From Promethearchaeota archaeon (GTDB lineage: Archaea > Asgardarchaeota > Hermodarchaeia > Hermodarchaeales > Hermodarchaeaceae), in NCBI GenBank assembly GCA_048939625.1, contig JBHLPH010000003.1, positions 72,353 to 136,352 of the forward strand: a stretch of DNA of 64,000 nucleotides, in the 5' to 3' direction. Made by a program: the position numbers and the translations under genes. Position 1 is the first letter of the stretch; each line of letters starts with the position of its first letter. Below the pieces are notes generated by a model, which ran no database searches, had not been told where the DNA came from, and saw only the letters and a list, made by a program, of their open reading frames with translations. This document shows positions 17,658 to 26,155 of the stretch, in pieces.

Positions 17658-18032
17658 ATGTCGGCTACAGCCAAGAATCTTCAAGCCCTCCTTCGCCAAA
17701 TGGAGAGTACGACACCGGGCATCGAAGCAAGCGCTATTGTCACGGCTCAAGGGTTACCAATTGTAGCAGCGATGCCTCAAACCGTCAATGAAGCCATCGT
17801 CGCTGCAATGACAGCGGCGTTATTGGGTGTTGCAGAGCGCGCGTTAACAGAGATACCACGTGGGAAACTTATGCAGATTACTGTGGAAGCAGAAAATGGT
17901 TATATTATTTTGAAAGGTGCAGGAGAAAATGCAATCCTCACTTCTTTAGTAAAGAAAAGTGCGAATCTTGGAATGATATTCTTGGTTATGAAGCGATATA
18001 GTAGCCAAATCGAATCGATCCTCCAAGCCTAA
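17658..18032 (+). CDS. Roadblock/LC7 (MglB-like) protein
   Basis: GIEASAIVTAQGLPI, VAAMTAALL, ANLGMIF. Confidence 0.9.
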   Translation: MSATAKNLQALLRQMESTTPGIEASAIVTAQGLPIVAAMPQTVNEAIVAAMTAALLGVAERALTEIPRGKLMQITVEAENGYIILKGAGENAILTSLVKKSANLGMIFLVMKRYSSQIESILQA

Positions 18033-18088
18033 CAAACGATTCGAGTAATTGTTGGAGCTTTTTTTGATTTGGCGATTGACAAAAAGGT

Positions 18089-18160
18089 GGCGGCTCTAGT
18101 CCGCCCGTCGTTCACTTCATCTTGGTATCAGTGCGATCAGGTTTCCTCTTCATTGCCGCC
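18089..18160 (-). ncRNA. Box C/D guide sRNA; D guide antisense to SSU rRNA helix 44 (predicted Cm1402-equivalent)
   Basis: Minus strand reads GGCGGC a ATGAAGA(C) ggaaacctgatcgca CTGA(D') tacc AAGATGA(C') agtgaACGACGGGCGGa CTAGA(D variant) GCCGCC, then a T-run. It has a 6-bp terminal stem, and the guide is complementary to the conserved CCGCCCGUC. Confidence 0.8.
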
Positions 18161-18182
18161 GAGATAAGAGGAGAGCTAAGCG

Positions 18183-18797
18183 TTACTTAAGGGTTGTGAG
18201 CAGATTATCGATTTGCTGTTGAATTTGGTTTTGCACTTCACGAATCGAGCACGTTGCATCAATTATCGTGAAACCATTTTCTTGTGCCCTTTCAATGAAG
18301 ATTTGTCTTACCTTCTCGAGGAAGGTGACATATTCGAATTTTTCTTTTGGTTTTGGTCTTCTCTTTCGTGCTAAAGCAGTTTTGGGGGCAATATCGAGCA
18401 CGAAGGTGATGGTTGGAGTGAGGGCATACCGATTTAGGTTCTGCACCCATTCGCGATCAAGTCCGGAAGAACATTGATAGGCAAAGGATGATTCAACATA
18501 GCGATCCGTGATGACGATTTGTCCTTTATCCAGAGCCGGCTGAATTTTGTTCAATGTATTATCAATGCGATCAGCTGCAAAAAGTAAGGCATCAATTGCA
18601 GGCGATACCGTTGTGTCTTGTAATATTTGCCGTATCAGCTTTCCAATTCGTTCATCTGTTGGTTCATGGGTTTCGACTACTTCGAACCCTTTTTTTCTCA
18701 GCCATTTGCTCAGTAATTTTGTGTGAGTGGTTGTACCACTTCCATCGATTCCTTCTAGCGCAATGAAAAGTCCTTGTTGCATTTCAAGCACACTCAA
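18183..18797 (-). CDS. tmk: Thymidylate kinase
   Basis: FIALEGIDGSGTTT, LLFAADR, TDRYVESSFAYQ. Confidence 0.95.
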   Translation of the reverse strand: MSVLEMQQGLFIALEGIDGSGTTTHTKLLSKWLRKKGFEVVETHEPTDERIGKLIRQILQDTTVSPAIDALLFAADRIDNTLNKIQPALDKGQIVITDRYVESSFAYQCSSGLDREWVQNLNRYALTPTITFVLDIAPKTALARKRRPKPKEKFEYVTFLEKVRQIFIERAQENGFTIIDATCSIREVQNQIQQQIDNLLTTLK

Positions 18798-18867
18798 GAG
18801 AACTTGTTTTGGTCCTGAATGAGTTAGAGGTTATTAAATAAAAAGGGAGTGATGAGATTCTTTATTT

Positions 18868-19383
18868 ATGAATGTCCAGCCACTATTTGCCTCTTCCGTC
18901 TTTACAATATCTTCGAACCTTGAAGTATACCAGGTAATCAATTATGATTATTCTGATCCAGAAGGGGTGTACGCAGAGATTCTTGAAGATGAGGAAGCGG
19001 TCGAAACTGAAATCACCAAGATTCATTCTAACATGGCTGAATTTCTTGAAGCAGAAAAGGTGTATATTAACGGCACTCAAGTAAGACAAGAAATTGTGCA
19101 TGTCGATATTGGATTGCGTGGAACACCTGAAATCGCGTATTTCCAATGGGTTATTCATTTCCAGGGTGCACCAATAAAGGATGAAAACATCTTAGCGAGT
19201 GATGTTGAAACAGAAGTAGCAGAATATGATATCGAAGTACTGTATTTGTTTCCAAAGAACACACGAATTCTTGAAGTCATCACTCCGATGGAATCTGAGA
19301 TTCGTGGACCATTGTTTTTTGTTTGGGCACTAAAAGGGGATCTTGTTGGAGGACATGAATCAGTTCGATTCCGATTTACTTAG
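18868..19383 (+). CDS. Conserved-looking archaeal hypothetical protein (acidic)
   Basis: Fills the gap between tmk and the next gene; protein-like composition; no recognised motif. Confidence 0.7.
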   Translation: MNVQPLFASSVFTISSNLEVYQVINYDYSDPEGVYAEILEDEEAVETEITKIHSNMAEFLEAEKVYINGTQVRQEIVHVDIGLRGTPEIAYFQWVIHFQGAPIKDENILASDVETEVAEYDIEVLYLFPKNTRILEVITPMESEIRGPLFFVWALKGDLVGGHESVRFRFT

Positions 19384-20285
19384 CGTTGAAGCAGCCGCCC
19401 ACAGGAATAGCACCACTTAGTTCCTAGAGTGATTTTTGCTTGACAGTAAGGACAGATACCTTTTCCTTTCTGATCTGTTTTCTTCTTCTTACTAGAAGTA
19501 GATTCGGTTGGTTGGGTAAGAGGAGCGGCCACTGTTCCTAGGATTGAACGAAGCCCTGCGATGATACTTGTTGTTTTATTGAGTTCATCGTCTATTGCCT
19601 TCAGCTGTTTATTCACATCCTTTTTTGATACCTCATCGATACGGGCGCGAATCTGAAGTGTCTCTTTTTCAAATTCGAGTTGTTGTTTACGCTCTTCTAA
19701 TTTCGCTAGCCAACCATTTGCTTGGGAGAACTCATTTTCAAGCTGTTGATTTGTTTCAGCTAGTTTACTTCCATACTCAGAGGACAACCGCTGATAAATC
19801 GCGTCATCAACTTCTCCAGATTTCCGAAGATCATCAAGACGTTGAATACGACCTTCTTGGACTTTCTTTTCTTGTTGAAGTTGCTCAAGTGGTGTAATGG
19901 CTTTGTTTTCCAAGTCATCGATTTCTTTTGAAATAGGATCTAATCGGGTTTGTAGCTTTTCAGACTGGGATGTTGCCTCTTTTTCTGATAACTCGCCCAC
20001 GAGTTGTTTTACTTTGATGGTTTCTTGCTCTTCATCAAGAGCGGCTTTTTGTGATCGAAGCCTCTCGAGTTTTCCGCGCATGATTAGGGCTGATTCTGCC
20101 ATGGGAGGGATGGCTTCGACCTCTTTTATCAGTTCGTTTGATGGAGTGGGTGCTGCACTCGTTGTTTTTGGTTGAACAGCGGTCGCCATTCTTTGCCGGG
20201 CAGTTAGTGAAACTCCGCAATATGAACAGAACTTGGCGTTAGGCTTTAATTTTCGCCCGCATTCGGGGCATTGTTGATTTGACAT
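19380..20285 (-). CDS. Zinc ribbon / coiled coil / zinc ribbon protein (CdvA-like coiled-coil repeats)
   Basis: CPECG..CSYCG and CPYCQ..CYSCG at the termini; three GEL/GEV/DEV helical-hairpin repeats in a long coiled coil. Confidence 0.7.
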   Translation of the reverse strand: MSNQQCPECGRKLKPNAKFCSYCGVSLTARQRMATAVQPKTTSAAPTPSNELIKEVEAIPPMAESALIMRGKLERLRSQKAALDEEQETIKVKQLVGELSEKEATSQSEKLQTRLDPISKEIDDLENKAITPLEQLQQEKKVQEGRIQRLDDLRKSGEVDDAIYQRLSSEYGSKLAETNQQLENEFSQANGWLAKLEERKQQLEFEKETLQIRARIDEVSKKDVNKQLKAIDDELNKTTSIIAGLRSILGTVAAPLTQPTESTSSKKKKTDQKGKGICPYCQAKITLGTKWCYSCGRLLQR

Positions 20286-20360
20286 CGTTCTCAGTCCTAT
20301 CAGCTATCTTGAAAGAGCAGGAACGAACTTATAAAGTCGGGGGATTAGGCTACTCGCCCT

Positions 20361-21650
20361 TCAAAGGAAATAGTAAATTCCTAAAAATTGGAGAATCGTC
20401 AAAATCGTAGCTGTTATAATAGGCACCGCAAGGTTGTCATCTAACCGTAAAGGGAGGAGCTCAATAACCGCTGCGATGATTACTGTTAGGAGCGCCGAGA
20501 TTGGAGACACAATAAGGATGAGAACGAAAAATGCTGAAGTAAACCCGATTAATGTGCCTTCAATTGTTTTCTTACGATTGAAAGGATAATGGTGTCTTCC
20601 TAAAAAGATCCCGCCTATAGTGGAGAAGGCATCACCTATCAGGAATGCAATTATGCTTGCTACTGCAATATGTGGGAGTTGAAGTAGAGTGCCGAAAATG
20701 AGAAGTGGAAGTGTGACTCCTGCAGCGAAATATAAAGGAGAGAGCACATAACTATCAATCTCTTCTTCTCGACCCGCGGCGAGTACCATATTTGAAATTA
20801 AAGGTATCTTTATCCCAAAACTCCTGAGAACCTCGGAGAGGATAAACAACAGTGTTAGACTCCCAATTAATATGTAGATTAAACTGTGCCATGAAACATC
20901 TAAAAACCAAAGAAGCGGGATAAATACCGCACTTGCATGGAGAAGTTGACGAAGGAGTTCTTGCCCTAGCCGTCGGGGGACGTGGACTTGTAAAGAAGGA
21001 GAAGTTAAGTAAGGCAGCAGGGCACGTAAATCTGGTGTGTTTACAACAACCCGAACATATTGGCGTGCAACTTGATCTGGGCGGAATCCAATGGCCAAGT
21101 TAACGTATTTGAAAAGTGGAACGTTGTTGCGATCATTCGCGACTGCTACAGTTTCATAATCAGATAACTGGTGCCTATCAATCAAATCTTCGAGCGCATC
21201 GACTTTGGTTTTCCCTCGACAGTCTAAAGCGGCAATGTGACCTGTTAGTCGGTTTTCTTCGAGCTCAACTCGGATTCCGCTAGCAAAATGAGCTCCCAGA
21301 GTTTTACTTAGCCGCGCTACGGCGAAATCAGGAATGCCTGAACTCGTCAGTACAATGATATGGTGTTGTTGTCTGAGGATTTTGAAGGACTGCTCAACAC
21401 CTCGATGTAAATACACCTGGTCAGTCATGCGGATGAGCCAATCTTTTGGGACTCCACGAAGTAATCGATAGGAATATCGCATGAAGGAGGCAACTTCCAT
21501 GATTCGAGCCTCATAAAGAATTCCTAATACACCGAACACAAAGGCTTTGACTAGGCCGAGTCGTGCAATGATTTGAGATAGCCAGAAACCATTGACGATT
21601 GTTCCATCAACATCAAAGGCAATTATGCGACGAGAGTTCGACTTGGCCAT
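20361..21650 (-). CDS. Fusion of a HAD (SerB-like) domain and a SEC59/DGK1/VTE5-family CTP-dependent lipid kinase
   Basis: N-terminal FDVDGT, SSG; C-terminal ELLRQLLH, GDAFSTIGG, KKTIEG, LDDNL with multiple TMs. Confidence 0.8.
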   Translation of the reverse strand: MAKSNSRRIIAFDVDGTIVNGFWLSQIIARLGLVKAFVFGVLGILYEARIMEVASFMRYSYRLLRGVPKDWLIRMTDQVYLHRGVEQSFKILRQQHHIIVLTSSGIPDFAVARLSKTLGAHFASGIRVELEENRLTGHIAALDCRGKTKVDALEDLIDRHQLSDYETVAVANDRNNVPLFKYVNLAIGFRPDQVARQYVRVVVNTPDLRALLPYLTSPSLQVHVPRRLGQELLRQLLHASAVFIPLLWFLDVSWHSLIYILIGSLTLLFILSEVLRSFGIKIPLISNMVLAAGREEEIDSYVLSPLYFAAGVTLPLLIFGTLLQLPHIAVASIIAFLIGDAFSTIGGIFLGRHHYPFNRKKTIEGTLIGFTSAFFVLILIVSPISALLTVIIAAVIELLPLRLDDNLAVPIITATILTILQFLGIYYFL

Positions 21651-21785
21651 GAGTTATTCTACACTTCGTTTGTCCTTTTATCAATAGCTAAAATATAGCT
21701 GTAGGTAAGTAGTTTCCTAGGTTGACAACAAAGTTTTACCCACATCAACTCTAAAATTGGGTTGAAATAAGTGAGGTGCTAGTTG

Positions 21786-22280
21786 ATGCGACAATTTCTC
21801 TATGCGGACCCTACAGTGTGTGTTGGTTGTCGAATCTGTGAAGCCATCTGTAGTCTACATTATGAAAAGACAATAAACCCCAAGAAATCACGTATCCGAG
21901 TACGTCGAGTCAATCCTGGGCTAGATGTAGTTGTTGCTTGCCGAAATTGCGATCAGGCTTGGTGTATTGAAGCGTGTCCAGAGGAAGCTCTACGAAAAAA
22001 TCGGAAAGGGATTGTGATTGTGGATTCGAAGAAATGCAAGGGATGTGGGGCATGTGTGGAGGCATGCCCTTTTGGAGCGATATTCTTGAACCCTGATACA
22101 CAAAAAGCCATCAAATGCATTGCATGTGGATTCTGCACGAAATATTGCCCTGTTGAAACCCTTCGCATTCTGACAGAAGAGGAATTGGCAGCGTTGAAGC
22201 AGCAGAAGGTGATTCAACATGAATGTAGAGATCTCCTTGATGAGCTTAGAATAGAAGAAGCTGAGGGGGGTGAGAGCTGA
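21786..22280 (+). CDS. Multi-[4Fe-4S] electron-transfer subunit of AOR
   Basis: CVGCRICEAIC, CRNC..CIEACP, CKGCGACVEACP, CIAC...CP; overlaps the AOR start. Confidence 0.9.
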   Translation: MRQFLYADPTVCVGCRICEAICSLHYEKTINPKKSRIRVRRVNPGLDVVVACRNCDQAWCIEACPEEALRKNRKGIVIVDSKKCKGCGACVEACPFGAIFLNPDTQKAIKCIACGFCTKYCPVETLRILTEEELAALKQQKVIQHECRDLLDELRIEEAEGGES

Positions 22281-24202
22281 TGGGGAAGAAAGCGAAGCTT
22301 GGTGGATATTCAGGGCAGCAGTTACATGTGGATATGACAAAAGAAACATGTAAGCCGGTCCCAATTGACAAAGATTTAGCTCTCATGTATCTTGGCGGAC
22401 AAGGCTTTGCCTCACGAATTATGTATGATCACGTTGGACCAACAACTGACCCACTGAGTCCTGATAATATCCTCATTTGGGCAACAGGTCCCTTCACGGG
22501 GACATTATGGCCTCAAGCAGCCCGTTATGTTGTAGCAGCTAAATCGCCTTTGACAGGCATCTTTGGTGAAGCCCATTCAGCGGGGCATTGGGGACCCGAA
22601 CTCAAATTCGCAGGGTTTGACACAATCATCGTAACTGGACGGGCAAAAAAACCGCTTTACTTAATTGTTGATAATGGTTCAGCCAGATTAGTCGATGCTC
22701 AGGATCTATGGGGGAGGAATACATCCGAGACTGAAGACATGATTAAAGAAGCGCAAGGTGATCCAAACTTTCGCGTCTCTTGCATCGGGCAAGCAGGAGA
22801 AAATCTTGTCAGATTTGCCGCAATAATCAATGACTATGATCGAGCCGCCGCTCGCTCTGGTATTGGTGCTGTGGCAGGAAGTAAACGGCTCAAAGCAGTT
22901 GCAGTCCGAGGGGGACAAGATATTCCTATTGCGAAGCCTGATCGCTACCTTGATGTAATTGATGAATTGCATCGAAAAATGCTGGCAAGCCCCTTCACGG
23001 CTAGTCGGGCTATGTATGGGACAACTAACTTAGTTGAACTCATGCAAGAAATCGGTCGGCTTCCTAGCTACAATATGCGTTCTGGCGTGTTTGCTGAATA
23101 TCAGAAAATCAGTGGTGAAACAATTCGAAAGAAGTACCTTGTAAAACCACGCGCAGATTTTGCATGTTTACAACGTTGTGGGCGATACACACGGGTCAAA
23201 ACGGGTCCCTATGCTTATTGTGGAGGATCTCCTGAATATGAAACTCAGGCAGCTATGGGGAGTCGATGTGGAAATGATAATCTTGAATCCATTCTCTATG
23301 GACACCATTTAAGCAACCTATATGGGATGGATACGATCTCAACCGGCGCGACTATTAGTTGGGCGATGGAAGCCTGGGAAGAGGGACTTATTACTGCTGA
23401 AGATACAGGCGGCATTGATTTGAGTTGGGGGAACCATGAATCGATTATCAAACTAATCCACATGATCGCGAAACGTGAGGGATTTGGTGACATTTTAGCC
23501 GAAGGGAGTTTCCGTGCTGCACAACGCATTGGAAGAGGTACTGAGAAATTCGTAATGCATTGCAAGAAACAAGAAATCGCTGGACAAGAACCCCGTGCAC
23601 AAAAATCAATGGGATTAGCAGCGGCCACAGCAGCGCGTGGTGCGGATCATCTCTATGCATTTCCTGTTCTTGATGAGGTCGGATTTGATGAAGAAATCGG
23701 AATACGATATGGCACAGAATACCTTCCGGAAATTGGCGACCGCCTTGATCCGAAATATAAGGGCATCATGGTGAAAGAAAATGAAGACTTTTGTGCTGTC
23801 GTTGAATCACTGGGTGTCTGTAAATATGGAACCCTAATTCCTCCTGTCCTCTTTTACGAAGATGTTGTAAAAGCCTTTGATGTGACGGTGGGTGTCGCGA
23901 TAACAGAGAAACAATTACGAGCAATAGGAGAAAGGATCGTCAACCTGAATCGTTGTTTCAATGTGCGTGAAGGTATTCGCCGAAAGGACGACTCATTACC
24001 AGCCCGGCTAACTGATACTCCTGCTCCAGAAGGTCCATCAAAAGGGCAGATAGTCGAATTAGAACAGATGCTCGATGAATACTACGAATTACGTGGATGG
24101 CGACTGAAAGACGGGCTTCCCACTAAGCATGTATTACAGCGTTTAGGGCTTGAAGACTTAATCACTGATCTCGAAAAATATGGTATAATTTTACCTGAAT
24201 AA
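22280..24202 (+). CDS. aor: Aldehyde:ferredoxin oxidoreductase family (W/Mo-pterin)
   Basis: KSPLTG, ELKFAGFD, IGQAGENLVRFA, PEYET, GMDTIS, RGADHL, LDEYYELRGW. Confidence 0.93.
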   Translation: MGKKAKLGGYSGQQLHVDMTKETCKPVPIDKDLALMYLGGQGFASRIMYDHVGPTTDPLSPDNILIWATGPFTGTLWPQAARYVVAAKSPLTGIFGEAHSAGHWGPELKFAGFDTIIVTGRAKKPLYLIVDNGSARLVDAQDLWGRNTSETEDMIKEAQGDPNFRVSCIGQAGENLVRFAAIINDYDRAAARSGIGAVAGSKRLKAVAVRGGQDIPIAKPDRYLDVIDELHRKMLASPFTASRAMYGTTNLVELMQEIGRLPSYNMRSGVFAEYQKISGETIRKKYLVKPRADFACLQRCGRYTRVKTGPYAYCGGSPEYETQAAMGSRCGNDNLESILYGHHLSNLYGMDTISTGATISWAMEAWEEGLITAEDTGGIDLSWGNHESIIKLIHMIAKREGFGDILAEGSFRAAQRIGRGTEKFVMHCKKQEIAGQEPRAQKSMGLAAATAARGADHLYAFPVLDEVGFDEEIGIRYGTEYLPEIGDRLDPKYKGIMVKENEDFCAVVESLGVCKYGTLIPPVLFYEDVVKAFDVTVGVAITEKQLRAIGERIVNLNRCFNVREGIRRKDDSLPARLTDTPAPEGPSKGQIVELEQMLDEYYELRGWRLKDGLPTKHVLQRLGLEDLITDLEKYGIILPE

Positions 24203-24327
24203 AACGACGCAAAACCGACGCGGAAGCAAGGTTTAAATTAAAACCTCATGAGATTGAATTATCCGCGGGGCGTTCTCGGGGCAACCCCTATCACTTGAAT
24301 GGGTCGAAAATAAAGGATTTTGATAAA

Positions 24328-25005
24328 ATGAAAGTACTCGTTACAGGACCGCATTTATCAGGAAAAAGCTACCTCATTAAACAACTCGCTGAAGGGAACG
24401 TAATCAACATTCAGGCAAACGGTACAACAGTTGGCCTTGACCATGGTGTCGCTGAGGTATTTGGAGTTCCTGTTCGTTTGTTTGGTACACCGGGATTAGC
24501 CCGGTTCAAAGTTTTACGTAGAATCATTTCCGAAGGTGCTGATGGCATTATCTTTGTGGTGGATGCAAGTAAACCGGATGGTGATGCTGAAGCCCGTTAT
24601 ATTTGGACAGAAATTAGCGATCTGCTTCCAAACGTTCCCTGTATTGTCGCTGCAAATAAACAGGATTTAAGGGCTTCCAGAACACCCGATAGAATCCGTA
24701 AGGATTTTAGTTTCATGGTCGGTGTTCCTGTAATTCCTATTAGTAATAAAACTGAATACAACTTGGACAAACTGCTTCCAGCTATGGTGATGCTTATTGT
24801 TTATGAATGGAGCCCGATTCTCCGAGCCTTTGGAGCCACAGGAAAAACAGGTTTCGTGAATCTTGCAAAGAATCTTCATGTCAGTGAAAGCCAAGTCCGG
24901 AATTATTTGCGTTGGTTTGAACTTCGAAAATTAGTCATTGTGGACTGGGATAAAGAAACAGCACATGTGGCACCAGGCGTAGTTAAAATCCTTGCCCAAC
25001 GATAA
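24328..25005 (+). CDS. MglA-like small GTPase with C-terminal winged-helix extension
   Basis: VTGPHLSGKS, TTVGLDHG, FGTPG, ANKQD; C-terminal LAKNLHVSESQVRNYLRWFE HTH. Confidence 0.8.
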   Translation: MKVLVTGPHLSGKSYLIKQLAEGNVINIQANGTTVGLDHGVAEVFGVPVRLFGTPGLARFKVLRRIISEGADGIIFVVDASKPDGDAEARYIWTEISDLLPNVPCIVAANKQDLRASRTPDRIRKDFSFMVGVPVIPISNKTEYNLDKLLPAMVMLIVYEWSPILRAFGATGKTGFVNLAKNLHVSESQVRNYLRWFELRKLVIVDWDKETAHVAPGVVKILAQR

Positions 25006-25050
25006 CAAAGTTAAAAGCTTGAACTGTATGCTTGAATCCAGGGAATTAGA

Positions 25051-25824
25051 ATGACAAAAACCGGTCCGGTTTGGAAAAGCATCCTCAAAATCATCGAAGA
25101 CGAAAAGGTTGCCCATTTAACACTAATCGATCCTGACCCTATGAAACAATCCGCTGAAAAAGCAGGTGAGATAGCTAATCTCGCCGAGAAGGCAGGAAGT
25201 AATGGCATCATGGTTGGCGGCTCAACTGCTTTTGGCATTATTGATGAGACAGTGGAAGAGATTAAGAAACACGTTAATATTCCTGTAATTTTATTCCCTG
25301 GGAATGTTTCAGGGCTTTCACATTCGGCGGATGCTGTTTTCTTCATGAGTCTTCTGAATGCTCGAACCACCTACTGGATGATAGATGCTCAAACTCTCGG
25401 GGCGCGTCACATCAAAGGCTATAATATTGAACCCATCTCGATGGCCTACCTTATTGTCCAACCCGGAGGCACCGCAGGATTTGTGGGCGACGCACGACTG
25501 CTCCCTCGGGATAAACCAGAAATCGCACTCGGCTACTCATTAGCCGCGCAGTACATGGGATTCAAATTCATCTATCTTGAAGCCGGTTCTGGTGCTGAAA
25601 ATGCGGTTCCCCTTAACATGATTAAATTAGTTTCGAAAACTATTGATGTTCCCCTAGCTGTTGGTGGAGGAATCTACACCCCCGAGCAGGCAGCCAAAGC
25701 CTCTGCGGCAGGTGCAGATATCATCGTGCAAGGAACTATTATAGAACGCACAATTCTGAAAGATAGGGGCAAGGAGTTATCAGCTACAGTGCAGGCTATG
25801 CGCCAGGCCAAGAAAAGTAGCTAA
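25051..25824 (+). CDS. Geranylgeranylglyceryl phosphate synthase
   Basis: HLTLIDPD, IMVGGST, ILFPG, YLEAGSGA, VGGGI. Confidence 0.95.
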   Translation: MTKTGPVWKSILKIIEDEKVAHLTLIDPDPMKQSAEKAGEIANLAEKAGSNGIMVGGSTAFGIIDETVEEIKKHVNIPVILFPGNVSGLSHSADAVFFMSLLNARTTYWMIDAQTLGARHIKGYNIEPISMAYLIVQPGGTAGFVGDARLLPRDKPEIALGYSLAAQYMGFKFIYLEAGSGAENAVPLNMIKLVSKTIDVPLAVGGGIYTPEQAAKASAAGADIIVQGTIIERTILKDRGKELSATVQAMRQAKKSS

Positions 25825-26140
25825 GAGTCGAATAATACCCCAATAAACTGCTGGCTCCACCACCTATCGGAGGAAATATCGCTACAACATCTCCATCAGT
25901 TAAAGGTGTTTGTAGTCCTTTTTGGAGTCTGATGTGTCGTCCATTAACGAGAACATGGAAATAAGATTTGAGTGAGCCATCAGGTTCTAAGACCATTTTT
26001 TTGAATTTTTCTCCGAATCTTTCACTGAGAATGTCAATGACTTCTTGGACAATTTCTGCTTTGAGTTGGGTTTCTCGGACTCCAGTTAGGGCACGGAGAC
26101 TAGTGAACATGCGAACTGTGACCTGTGGCTTTTTGGTCAT
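25796..26140 (-). CDS. MoaD/SAMP ubiquitin-like protein with a 20-aa extension after the GG
   Basis: VLVNGR...LTDGDVVAIFPPIGG followed by GASSLLGYYSTLSYFSWPGA. Confidence 0.85.
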   Translation of the reverse strand: MTKKPQVTVRMFTSLRALTGVRETQLKAEIVQEVIDILSERFGEKFKKMVLEPDGSLKSYFHVLVNGRHIRLQKGLQTPLTDGDVVAIFPPIGGGASSLLGYYSTLSYFSWPGA

Positions 26141-26155
26141 AGGTTTGTTCTCACC

